DNA of 28,250 bases from Promethearchaeota archaeon. Lineage in GTDB: Archaea; Asgardarchaeota; Lokiarchaeia; Sigyniarchaeales; SOKP01. Positions 9,252 through 18,142 of the stretch are shown here, one piece after another. The notes under the pieces were generated by a model, which saw only the letters and a program-made list of their open reading frames with translations, had not been told where the DNA came from and searched no databases. Numbering within the stretch: position 1 is the first letter of the stretch; each line of letters begins with the position of its first letter. A program made the position numbers and the translations under genes. The stretch lies in NCBI GenBank assembly GCA_019894975.1, contig JAGXNO010000043.1:1-28250 (forward strand), given 5' to 3'.

Positions 9252-10235
9252 ATGATATGGCTCGGAGTTTTATTTAGCTTTTTGGCGGTAACGGCTTGGG
9301 TAGTAAGTACTTTAATTGTAAGTAAAGGTATTAAGGAGTTAAAGGAGACTTATGAAACTATTTTTAACTCGCTTAAAGATTATTCATTGAAAATAGAAAT
9401 AATATTTACTTATCTCGGAATTACTTTATTAACTGGTATTATAATTCTAAGCATCATCATAATTCCTTTATTGATTAATTATAATTTTTCGTTTTCAGGA
9501 TTTTTGATTTTAGGGGGGATTTTTTCTTTTAGTGTTGGTACCGGCTTATACTATTTTTGTACTTTAGTATACAAGAAAGCAGAAATTGCTTCCCAATTCT
9601 CTAGATTTGGCCCACTTTTTAACATTATTATAGGTATTTCTGTTTTTGGTGAAATATTCACAATGTTCGATTTGTTTTCATTAATTTTATTAAGTATTGG
9701 AATCGCTCTATTTCTAATCATTACTTGGACTGGAAAGTTTGGGATGGTTGGATTTATCTTAGGTATTCTTACATCCCTGAGTTGGACTTTGGGAGGAATT
9801 TTCATGAATCTATCATTTATAACAACAGCTACAAATCCACTTAAGCCTTTGGTATATTCACTCTATAGCCTTCTATTTGGTTTTACCTCATTGTTGATTT
9901 TCGTTTTAATTTTTATAATAAAAAATAGAGAAAAAAAGAGAAGAGAAGGATTTGAATTTCATATTTTTAAGCTTAATAAATCTGTGACTAAATATTTTGT
10001 CTTACACGGTATTTTAAGTATTTCGATTGGACATACGGCAAATTTCTTTGGTATCCTTCATTTAGGGGTATCAGGAGTTGCATTCATTATGAGCCTTTGG
10101 CCAATTCTTTCTTTACTTGTCGGGTATCTATTATTTGGTTCTTCTCCGGAATATCTAAGATATAAAAGTCATTTAAAGTGGTTATTCTTAACAGCTGGGA
10201 TTTTACTTATTGCTTCCGTTATCTCGATTTTTTAA
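9252..10235 (+). CDS. EamA/DMT-like multi-pass membrane transporter
   Basis: About 10 hydrophobic helices in two repeats, with motifs GPLFNIIIGISVFGE and SLWPILSLLVGYLLFG. I placed the start at the in-frame ATG at 9252 (MIWLG); the ORF track begins at GTG 9198. Confidence 0.75.
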   Translation: MIWLGVLFSFLAVTAWVVSTLIVSKGIKELKETYETIFNSLKDYSLKIEIIFTYLGITLLTGIIILSIIIIPLLINYNFSFSGFLILGGIFSFSVGTGLYYFCTLVYKKAEIASQFSRFGPLFNIIIGISVFGEIFTMFDLFSLILLSIGIALFLIITWTGKFGMVGFILGILTSLSWTLGGIFMNLSFITTATNPLKPLVYSLYSLLFGFTSLLIFVLIFIIKNREKKRREGFEFHIFKLNKSVTKYFVLHGILSISIGHTANFFGILHLGVSGVAFIMSLWPILSLLVGYLLFGSSPEYLRYKSHLKWLFLTAGILLIASVISIF

Positions 10236-10308
10236 AGAAGAAGAGTTAAAAATATTTGAATATATAAGTTAATAAAATATTTAATTTAACTAAAATTCCA
10301 ATAATGAT

Positions 10309-11193
10309 TTGATTAATATGCCTGATGATATAACAATAAAAAACGGATTTGTGTATGGTGGTTGGCGAGAACCTAGAAATCTTTGGAGAAATTTGAAAAC
10401 TTCTATTCATGATGATTCAACAGCACATAAGGTAGGAATGCGAGGTGGAACCATACCTGGTACTATCCATCTCAGTTTATTTCCTCCTGTAATGCTAAAA
10501 GTTTCTGGAGATAAATGGTTTGAAAAAGGCTCATTAAGTTTATATTATACATTTGCTACTACTGATCGAGAGAAAGTTAGAGCTGTAATTGCTCAACCCC
10601 CAGAGGGTGTTAGTGATGTTCAAGTGGAAGCAAAAATAGAAATGCCCGATGGTAAGATCGTTGCCAAAGGAACTGTATCGGTAGGAGAGCCTAAGGCACT
10701 TTCATATCTACAATCTATGGATCTTAAAAACAGTGATCCTGAAGAACTTCGTATTCTCTCTGATTTCAAACCTGGATATGAATTTAAACCCCGTGATTTA
10801 CTGATAACACAAGAACAAGTTGATAAGGGGCTTACTGCTATTACAGATCATCTTGATTATTATAAGGGTAAATCTCCTTGGGGTCCTGGTATTCTTTCTC
10901 CTACCGCTATGAACCGAGTTATGGCTCTAGGTGCTGAATTAACGGCTACTAGTACACTTAATGCTGTAGCATTTTATGGAGCTACAGAAATCCAAAATGT
11001 CAATGGTCCTGTCAAAGTGGGAGTACCTTATAAAGTGCATGGGAAGTTAATATGTGTTGGTGCGAGTCCGAAAACAGAATACTTCTGGTATGATTCAATA
11101 TTAGAAGATAAAGAAAGCGGGAAACAAATTGCTAAGATGCGACATATGAATCGCTTTATGAAAGCCTCTTCACCTTTATATCAAACAAATTAA
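10309..11193 (+). CDS. Double hotdog-fold protein (MaoC/acyl-dehydratase or thioesterase-like)
   Basis: SIHDDSTAHKVGMRGGTIPGTIH resembles the MaoC/hydratase-2 motif. The second half (YYKGKSPWGPGILSPT...FYGATEI..VNGPV) resembles a second hotdog domain. The start may be the ATG at 10318. Confidence 0.65.
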   Translation: MINMPDDITIKNGFVYGGWREPRNLWRNLKTSIHDDSTAHKVGMRGGTIPGTIHLSLFPPVMLKVSGDKWFEKGSLSLYYTFATTDREKVRAVIAQPPEGVSDVQVEAKIEMPDGKIVAKGTVSVGEPKALSYLQSMDLKNSDPEELRILSDFKPGYEFKPRDLLITQEQVDKGLTAITDHLDYYKGKSPWGPGILSPTAMNRVMALGAELTATSTLNAVAFYGATEIQNVNGPVKVGVPYKVHGKLICVGASPKTEYFWYDSILEDKESGKQIAKMRHMNRFMKASSPLYQTN

Positions 11194-11248
11194 TATTAAT
11201 TTTTAACCATTTTTTTTAACCCTTCACTGAGAAAATAAGTCTCTTGAT

Positions 11249-12130
11249 TTATATTTTTTCTGCATTCAATGCAATTGCATTAGCTATTTGATCCCATGTT
11301 TCAGGAGGTAAACTATGACCCATCCCATCTATAATAATCAATTCAGATCCGGGTATAGCTTCTGCTGTATCTTTACCTGCTTCGTATGGGAAGAGAGGAT
11401 CCTCTCTTCCATGGATAACTAGAGTTGGTGATTTTATTGCTGAAAGTTTTTCTTTTCTATTTCCCTGGATCATTATAGCAAGCATATGACGTTGTACTCC
11501 ATCAGGGTAAAAGTTTCTATCAAACGCTCTACCTGCAAGAGCACGATGCTTTTCCTCATCATAAGTAAATCCAGATCCATAGATATAATTTCCTACTTTT
11601 ATAGCATTCTCTATAATAGCATCACGTTCAGGAGGTATTGGAGCATAAAATACTTGTTGTGTTTCTAGAGTTGGTTGAGGGAGATCTGGATTACTCGTGG
11701 TACTCATTATTGACGTAAGACTCAACACTCGAGACGGATGCTTATACGCAATAGTTTGAGCAATCATCCCTCCCATAGAGGCTCCGCAAATGTGAGCCTT
11801 TTCTATGTTTAACACATCGAGAAGGCCTACAGCATCGTCAGCCATGTCATCTAATGAGTATGGCGCTTCAAATGGTTCCCCACGTTGTACTGCCATTATT
11901 GCGCCCATTAGATCTGGTTCACCAGCTTCATCACATTTAGAGGATAATCCAATATCTCTATTGTCAAAAATAATTACATAAAACCCGCGATTTGTCAAAG
12001 TTTTTATGAAATCTACATCCCAATGGATCATCTGAGAACCCAATCCTACAATTAGAAGCAGTGGTTTATTTGAAGGATCCCCGAAGGTTTCATATTCAAT
12101 TTCAATATTATTTACTTTTGCTTTGGTCAT
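11249..12130 (-). CDS. Alpha/beta hydrolase (esterase/lipase, RdmC-like)
   Basis: FDNRDIGLS, nucleophile elbow GASMGG, acid motif HGREDPL, catalytic His in GMGHSL. Confidence 0.93.
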   Translation of the reverse strand: MTKAKVNNIEIEYETFGDPSNKPLLLIVGLGSQMIHWDVDFIKTLTNRGFYVIIFDNRDIGLSSKCDEAGEPDLMGAIMAVQRGEPFEAPYSLDDMADDAVGLLDVLNIEKAHICGASMGGMIAQTIAYKHPSRVLSLTSIMSTTSNPDLPQPTLETQQVFYAPIPPERDAIIENAIKVGNYIYGSGFTYDEEKHRALAGRAFDRNFYPDGVQRHMLAIMIQGNRKEKLSAIKSPTLVIHGREDPLFPYEAGKDTAEAIPGSELIIIDGMGHSLPPETWDQIANAIALNAEKI

Positions 12131-12187
12131 TATCTATCAAATAAAGTTAATTTGGTTTATGATTTTAATAGTCGACTCTTTTTAAGC

Positions 12188-12637
12188 CTATTTGATAACT
12201 TGTTCACACGGTGGTGCATTCTCCCCAACTGACCAGAGAAAGAAATGTGCTCCAGTTGGACCCATCCATTTAAATTGGTTCGAGAGAATTTTTTGTCTTT
12301 CTTCATAAGGTTCCTCTCTGAAAGTTTTAAGATACTTTTCAAATGATCCATATTTTTCAACTAATTCAAGGAATATTTTTGCGTTAGAGACAATGGCATT
12401 AACTTTTTTCGGGTTTCTAATTATTTTAGGGGAATTAAGGGCGAATGAAACCTCATCCACTGTCCATTTTGAGATTGTAAAAGGGTCAAAATCATAAAAA
12501 ACTTCTTTAATACCTTCCCATTTTGCATCTACAACTCGGTATGAGAATCCCGCATTAAACACAGCTTTACTTAATATTTCAAAATAGCCTTTATCCATTT
12601 TCGGTTTTTTCTGAGGTGGAACAACTTTTTGATACAC
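12188..12637 (-). CDS. tag: DNA-3-methyladenine glycosylase I (Tag family, short form)
   Basis: YFEILSKAVFNAGFSYRVVDAKW, FDP, IIRNPKKVNAIVSNA, YGSF, FKWMGPT are Tag family motifs. GTG start. Confidence 0.85.
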   Translation of the reverse strand: MYQKVVPPQKKPKMDKGYFEILSKAVFNAGFSYRVVDAKWEGIKEVFYDFDPFTISKWTVDEVSFALNSPKIIRNPKKVNAIVSNAKIFLELVEKYGSFEKYLKTFREEPYEERQKILSNQFKWMGPTGAHFFLWSVGENAPPCEQVIK

Positions 12638-12789
12638 TAATATTCACATCTTTTACATTTTATATTGTCTTACTAAAACACATTTTCTTTTAATATAATC
12701 CTTAGGATTTTGCCTAATAAATCTAAGAATATTTCTTGCTATATCGATTCGCATTTAAATTCAATATCATTATCTTTCATAAGTGTTAA

Positions 12790-13521
12790 TCAGGATTTCT
12801 TACCAATAACCCCTACATATATAGCTGTTTCAGTAAGACCATCAATTTTTAACAAATCATTTATTTCATCATCAAAGATTGCTCCTATAGTACATGCTCC
12901 TAAATTTAAAGCTTCAGCAATTAAGTAGAAGTTTTGCCCAATATGACCTGCGTCTATATAGATATAACGATAACATCTTTGAAGATATTTCCATTTCGAT
13001 CTTTCTATCAGCGCGGTCCACACGAAATTTACAGCTGAGTTGTAAGCGATCTTTTGATCTAAACATGCCTTGGCAATTTCTGTTCGGAAATCACCCGCTT
13101 GCAACAATTCAAGACTATGAGTCGATATATTATAATGATATATCCCTTGATCAAGATTTTCAACATTATTGATAATAGGGTACACTTCAATTGGATATAA
13201 TCCTCCTGCAGAAGGCACAGTTCTAAAAGCAAATTGAGGAAAAATCCGTGTTAAACCCGTCATTCCAAATAACAATAAACTGAGTTGTTCTTTAGATAGG
13301 GGTTCATTCTTAAACTTTCGGGAAGACTTTCTGTTGCCAATAACATCCCAAAATTTAATATTTTTATCGAATTCAGGATCGGGCAACTTAATTGTTGTTA
13401 ACGCATCTGTGTATGTCTTATATGTATCGGGCTTGCTTGCCCAATCTAACCGATGCTGTGGTAATTGACTCCTAATATATTTTGACTTTTGTTGAAAATT
13501 ATCTCCATATTTCTCACTCAT
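12790..13521 (-). CDS. SagB/ThcOx-family nitroreductase-like FMN dehydrogenase
   Basis: RKSSRKF, RTVPSAGGLYPIEVY, GIYHY, YRYIYIDAGHIGQN, GACTIGAIFDD. Confidence 0.93.
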   Translation of the reverse strand: MSEKYGDNFQQKSKYIRSQLPQHRLDWASKPDTYKTYTDALTTIKLPDPEFDKNIKFWDVIGNRKSSRKFKNEPLSKEQLSLLLFGMTGLTRIFPQFAFRTVPSAGGLYPIEVYPIINNVENLDQGIYHYNISTHSLELLQAGDFRTEIAKACLDQKIAYNSAVNFVWTALIERSKWKYLQRCYRYIYIDAGHIGQNFYLIAEALNLGACTIGAIFDDEINDLLKIDGLTETAIYVGVIGKKS

Positions 13522-13630
13522 AATTGAATTAGAGCAGAGAATACTTTAAAGCTTTAATTTTATATTCTAAAGGTTTTTTAAATTAAAACCAATATTTCTT
13601 TATAGGTATATCAAGATAAGGTTTTTTTGA

Positions 13631-14749
13631 ATGGAAGCAGAGGAAATAGCAATTTATAGAAATCTACAAAAACATCTAGATGAACTTCCTGTTGGGTTTC
13701 CTCCTACCAAATCCGGTGTGGAGTTAAAACTATTAAAGTATTTGTTTACCTTAGAAGAAGCTAAAATCGCAACTAAACTCAGTTTTACGTATGAACCTAT
13801 TAAAATAATTTATAATCGTGTAAAAGAATCAAACATCTCTATTACGGAATTAGAGTTATTATTAGAGAACTTAGTGAGTAAAGGGACAATCCATTATAAA
13901 AAGGATAGTGATGAAAAACTGTATGCAAATGCAATGCTGGTTATAGGAATTTTTGAATATCAAGTAAACAAACTTACCATGGAATTTATGGATCTTATGA
14001 AACAATATGGTCAGGAAGCATTTGATGTAGAAATGTTCCGAACCCGAACATCTCAAACTCGGATCATTCCTGTAGAGAAGAGTTTAACTCATGAAAACAT
14101 AATAGAAACGTATAGTAATGTAAGAAATATAATTAGAAATGCAGAAGAACCCCTTGCTATTACTAATTGTGTCTGTCGTCAAAAACAAGATGTCAGAAGG
14201 GAAAAAGATCCCTGCAAACTTACTGACAGGTATGAAACATGTCTTGGATTCGGACATAGTGCCCAAATGTATATAGATCAAGGGTGGGCTCGCCAAGTAA
14301 CTAAAGAAGAAGCATTAGATATATTAGACAAAAACGAGGAAACGGGATTAATACTCCAACCTGGAAATGCTATACGACCAGACTTTATATGTAGTTGTTG
14401 CGGATGTTGTTGTGGATTATTAAGAGATTTAAAAAAAATGAACAATCCCGCCAGACTTATGAAAACAAATTATGTCGTAGAAGTTGATTCTGAATTATGT
14501 ACTGGTTGTGGTGTTTGTGTTGATCGTTGTCAAATGGGTGCTCTAAGCATTGTTGATGATATTTCTTCTGTAAACCGAAAAAAATGCTTAGGATGTGGTC
14601 TCTGTGTGGTTACATGTCCTTCAGAGGCAATCAATTTGAGTAATAAAGAGAAGGAATCCTCTCCACCTAAAACTACTGATGAACTCAATGCTTTGATTTT
14701 ATCCAAAAAGAAAGAGTTGATAGATAAATACAATAAATCAAAGAATTAA
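13631..14749 (+). CDS. 4Fe-4S dicluster-domain protein (N-terminal HTH-like region, Cys-rich central domain, C-terminal 2[4Fe-4S] ferredoxin)
   Basis: CVCR, C..C, ICSCCGCCC, plus CTGCGVCVDRC and CLGCGLCVVTCP ferredoxin motifs. Confidence 0.9.
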   Translation: MEAEEIAIYRNLQKHLDELPVGFPPTKSGVELKLLKYLFTLEEAKIATKLSFTYEPIKIIYNRVKESNISITELELLLENLVSKGTIHYKKDSDEKLYANAMLVIGIFEYQVNKLTMEFMDLMKQYGQEAFDVEMFRTRTSQTRIIPVEKSLTHENIIETYSNVRNIIRNAEEPLAITNCVCRQKQDVRREKDPCKLTDRYETCLGFGHSAQMYIDQGWARQVTKEEALDILDKNEETGLILQPGNAIRPDFICSCCGCCCGLLRDLKKMNNPARLMKTNYVVEVDSELCTGCGVCVDRCQMGALSIVDDISSVNRKKCLGCGLCVVTCPSEAINLSNKEKESSPPKTTDELNALILSKKKELIDKYNKSKN

Positions 14750-14760
14750 TTTCCATAATT

Positions 14761-15525
14761 CTATAAGGGTAATTTAGCTCCGCAATTATAACAATATTTT
14801 CCGGGCAATAAACTTTTATATCCACATTTAGGGCATGGATTCTGTAGTTTTTGAACTCCATTTCTTTTATTATATCTTCCTACCCAAATTATTGATCCCC
14901 CTGAAATGATAGTGACAACAATCCCAACAATAACAGGTAAAAGGGTAACTTGACCATTATTAGAGCTAAATATTAAACACGGTCTATAGTTGTCCCAATC
15001 ATATTCCTTTGAGGTAATATTTACAAGTTCATCTTGGAAATATGGAGAATCAATGCAAATTGAAAAAATGTCACCAGATACATGAGAACTTACGTCAATA
15101 AGAATTTCTGAATCATTTACCACAGAAAAATATAGTAGTATTTCTCCCTGAAGTGGTTTATTAAACCAAGTAATTGAAGATTCTTCCCAATCATCAACAA
15201 TATTTAAAATCTTAAATTCTACCGCTTCTGATACTAAATAAAAGTCAAGGTAAAGTTCTATTTTACTTCTACCCGTCGATATCCCACTAAGATCAAAATA
15301 AATATATGCTTCAATTTGTTGCAAACCAGTCATAGGGACATAAAAGGTTCCACATTCCATATTCATTTGACTACCAAAATTCTTATGAGGTTCATAGCTG
15401 TTCACGTAAGAGTCTTTAGTGGGGAATAACACAGTGTTAGAAGCTTGGGCTGTAAAACTCAAGGCAGAAAGAGAGAGAATCAAAATAGTAAAAAAGATAA
15501 TTCCCTTGGAAAATTTACTTTTCAT
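14761..15525 (-). CDS. Secreted DNRLRE (CBM96-like) domain protein with TM anchor and C-terminal zinc ribbon
   Basis: Signal peptide ending AQA. KDSYV..P..NFG, YIYFDLS, WEESSITWFNKP and ITSKE...RPCL are DNRLRE hallmarks. TM helix LLPVIVGIVVTIISGGSIIWVG, then CPKCG...YCYNCG. Confidence 0.8.
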   Translation of the reverse strand: MKSKFSKGIIFFTILILSLSALSFTAQASNTVLFPTKDSYVNSYEPHKNFGSQMNMECGTFYVPMTGLQQIEAYIYFDLSGISTGRSKIELYLDFYLVSEAVEFKILNIVDDWEESSITWFNKPLQGEILLYFSVVNDSEILIDVSSHVSGDIFSICIDSPYFQDELVNITSKEYDWDNYRPCLIFSSNNGQVTLLPVIVGIVVTIISGGSIIWVGRYNKRNGVQKLQNPCPKCGYKSLLPGKYCYNCGAKLPL

Positions 15526-15747
15526 ATTAACACCAAGATCTCAAGAGTGTGCTAATTTTGATTAAGATTCTAAAATTTTTAAATTTTATACAAAACCACC
15601 TTATTCTCCATCTCCTAATCCCTTCTAATCTGATGAATTAACTTGACACCTTTATCATATTCCGACTCTAAAATTTTTCTTTATATAGGTTTAAAAATAT
15701 ACTAATCTCATTGATATATTAAGAGGTATTAAAGGCGAGGTAATCAT

Positions 15748-15966
15748 ATGGACTATTCTGAAATATTTTACAGTATGCTTGAATTCCTTCAAAGCAATTA
15801 TAAAAAATTCCCAAAATTTATGATTGAAGTCATGGCTGAAAATTATGCCATCCCCCTTAAAGAAATTAAACCATTGCTGCATAAATTCAGAAAAGAAGGA
15901 ATTTTACAAATTGTTAAAGATGAGGGTTATACTTTTACCCTAAATGAAAGTATAATTTCGGATTAA
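15748..15966 (+). CDS. Small winged-helix-like protein
   Basis: SD-like GAGGT at ~15737. Helical pattern followed by LLHKFRKEGILQIVKDEGYTFTL (recognition helix plus wing). Confidence 0.6.
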   Translation: MDYSEIFYSMLEFLQSNYKKFPKFMIEVMAENYAIPLKEIKPLLHKFRKEGILQIVKDEGYTFTLNESIISD

Positions 15967-16112
15967 GCGTTCCTATCAATTTCTATAGTCTTCTGCTTTA
16001 AGGTGAGTAAATTTTTAATACTAAAGCAACTTTTTCAAGTTTGAAAAATTACAGTTCAAAAAACTTTTTTAAAAATCTGGCAAATTATCCATCCAAATAG
16101 AAAATTGGAGCT

Positions 16113-16511
16113 ATGAAAGTGGAACGGGATTTTAAGAACCTTGAAAGGGAATTTCATGTAAAAAACGTTACAGGTTTATGGGTGGGGGTTCTTATCTATG
16201 TAATTGGTGTAATTACCATAGTAGGGAGTTTCTTCTTATACACTACTATTTTAAGGAATATTGTAAATAGCGCTTACATACTATTATTTTTTGAAGTTTT
16301 TGGTCTTCTTCTTCTTATAATTGGGATGATATACCCCTATAGGAAGCGTATATCCAAAATAAAAATAGTCTGTTTTTTTGTGATTATAATACTACCCTTA
16401 TCATATATAGGATTCAATCTGACGATCTTCTTGTTTTCCCCTATAGGATTAATGGTTTTTATAATTGTTGCTGTTTTTATATTACTTTTATTTATTATAG
16501 CTAACTTATAA
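16113..16511 (+). CDS. Hypothetical membrane protein (~4 TM)
   Basis: GGAG SD before the ATG and four hydrophobic segments. Confidence 0.7.
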   Translation: MKVERDFKNLEREFHVKNVTGLWVGVLIYVIGVITIVGSFFLYTTILRNIVNSAYILLFFEVFGLLLLIIGMIYPYRKRISKIKIVCFFVIIILPLSYIGFNLTIFLFSPIGLMVFIIVAVFILLLFIIANL

Positions 16512-16549
16512 AGTGAAAACTAGTAAAGGAATAGTTATCATCCAATCAT

Positions 16550-16759
16550 TCAAAAAACAAAATAACTCAAGAGACCTACAACTGAAAGGAATAATATCTC
16601 AAATACGAAAAGCCCCCCGATAACAATTAGACAATATTTTATCGTTTTCTTGGTAGCGTTATTAAGATTGTTGTGATAAACACAATTATAACATCTAACC
16701 ACTTCTTCTTCAATATTTACATCAACAACCTCGATACCACAATCTACACAATTAGGCAT
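16550..16759 (-). CDS. Small zinc-finger membrane protein (CxxC...CxxC + TM)
   Basis: MPNCVDCG...RCYNC followed by one hydrophobic helix. May be 3' truncated. Confidence 0.6.
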   Translation of the reverse strand: MPNCVDCGIEVVDVNIEEEVVRCYNCVYHNNLNNATKKTIKYCLIVIGGLFVFEILFLSVVGLLSYFVF

Positions 16760-16919
16760 AATAGGTACACTCTCTCTTAAATAACGGTTTAGAGAATTCC
16801 ATTAATGTCAAATAATTCCTAGATATCTATATTAATAAATTTGATCTTTCGAAAATTAGTAATTTTGAATAACTAATTACTCTCGTTTTGAACAGTGGAA
16901 AAGAAAGTTTTTAAATAAT

Positions 16920-17399
16920 TTATGAAGAGTTTATATATTTTTTAATCCCTGATTTGATTAGAATTATTCCTATTATTAAGGTAACAGAACCAAATATAGG
17001 AATTCTGTAAATTAAAACATTTAATACTATAAATAAAATAACTGTAATAAATAATCTTTCTGTAGAAATACGAATTATCTCAATATCGGTTGTTTGATAA
17101 TTTCTAATTTTTTTTAAATTTTTAAGGATTTTACCTGATAAGATTAGAACCAAAAGAGTGGTTGGGAGCGATATAACAAACCATAAAATAATATGCAAAT
17201 AATTGGTAAGAAATAGCCAATAGATTTCTACCTCTCCCGTTACAAAAATTTCAACTACGAAGCCAAACATCCAAATAAATCTGTCACTACTGCCTGTTGG
17301 TCCACCTGCGATAACACCCATCCAATGAGTTGGGATAATCATTGATATAAGTGTAATTACTACTCCCCAATATATTCTTTCTAAAGCTACTGTACTCAT
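16920..17399 (-). CDS. Hypothetical membrane protein
   Basis: 4-5 hydrophobic segments, with a TATA-like element upstream. Confidence 0.7.
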   Translation of the reverse strand: MSTVALERIYWGVVITLISMIIPTHWMGVIAGGPTGSSDRFIWMFGFVVEIFVTGEVEIYWLFLTNYLHIILWFVISLPTTLLVLILSGKILKNLKKIRNYQTTDIEIIRISTERLFITVILFIVLNVLIYRIPIFGSVTLIIGIILIKSGIKKYINSS

Positions 17400-17436
17400 A
17401 AGCCACTATTTTATTAATTAATTCAAAGAAATAGAA

Positions 17437-17450
17437 TTTTATATAAAGTT
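17437..17450 (-). promoter_or_regulatory. Putative archaeal TATA box (with purine-rich BRE-like flank) for 16920..17399
   Basis: The minus strand reads aactttatataaaa about 40-50 nt upstream of the ATG. Confidence 0.5.
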
Positions 17451-17525
17451 ATATCTAGATCCTTTAGCTAATATATTTGATCCTTTCAAATAAGGAGATT
17501 TTAGATAATAAAAAAAAATTTGGTG

Positions 17526-17891
17526 TTAAGTTTCCTTAACTAAATTATACTCAGAGGGGGGAATACGAAATCCCCATGCAAGTGCTTCTTTACAATTTCG
17601 TAGTTCATTAGGAACACTCAAGAAATAAAAATTGCCTGTGGACGTATCTTTTACTCGAATATATCGATAAATATTTCGTCTATTTGAAGGATGATAATCA
17701 AATAATGTTGAGTTATTATCTCTATGGATGATTCTAACTCTTCCATTATCCCTCATAAGTGAAAGGTCAAAATTCTTTTCTAAATAATTCTTTATTCGAT
17801 CGTGTACATCTAAAAAAATCTCAGCATAAGTCTCTTCTTTCATGATATGCACCTGCTTAAAATAGGATTTAATCATATACAATGCGTTCAA
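17526..17891 (-). CDS. DUF6745-like domain protein (possibly the C-terminal remnant of a longer gene)
   Basis: C-terminal YIRVKDTSTGNFYFLSVPNELRNCKEALAWGF.....Y.LVKET matches the V.(C/D).STG..Y.L.VP....C..A.AW.F....Y....ET pattern I associate with DUF6745. The start is uncertain (TTG 17891, ATG 17876 or ATG 17843). Confidence 0.65.
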   Translation of the reverse strand: MNALYMIKSYFKQVHIMKEETYAEIFLDVHDRIKNYLEKNFDLSLMRDNGRVRIIHRDNNSTLFDYHPSNRRNIYRYIRVKDTSTGNFYFLSVPNELRNCKEALAWGFRIPPSEYNLVKET

Positions 17892-17893
17892 AA

Positions 17894-17938
17894 GGGGTTG
17901 CTCTACCCCCTCCTAAATACTCTCTTTGAGAGTATTTA
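17894..17938. repeat. Two adjacent inverted repeats (5-bp GC stem and perfect 11-bp stem)
   Basis: GGGGT-tgctct-ACCCC (17894-17909) and TAAATACTCTC-ttt-GAGAGTATTTA (17914-17938). Confidence 0.8.
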
Positions 17939-18142
17939 TCCTAATAGTGTGAATAAACTGATTATCATAAATTCGTTAACAAGGATTCCTGATACGTAAT
18001 CATAAAACCAAATTTCAACTCAGTATAATTAATCTTTCTATGAGCATTTCAACTTAAATTAAACTTAATTGATACTATCGAGAAAAAGAAATTCTATAAA
18101 ATAAAAAATAGTTTAAAAAAATTTTAATCTAAGAGTAATCAC

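Noticed and set aside
12790-13521. RiPP (azole-containing peptide) cluster suggested by the SagB/ThcOx-like gene
   Set aside because: No YcaO cyclodehydratase, E1-like protein or precursor peptide nearby; stand-alone members are common in archaea.
9551-14733. Short overlapping ORFs 9551..9805, 11486..11668, 12157..12360, 12710..12928, 12894..13172, 13871..14056, 14084..14296 and 14530..14733
   Set aside because: Antisense or alternate-frame overlaps of confident CDS, with no protein-like features.
16538-16552. Selenocysteine readthrough at the TGA ending the small Cys-rich ORF
   Set aside because: The TGA is followed within four codons by TGA TAA, it is not in a redox motif, and no convincing SECIS was seen.
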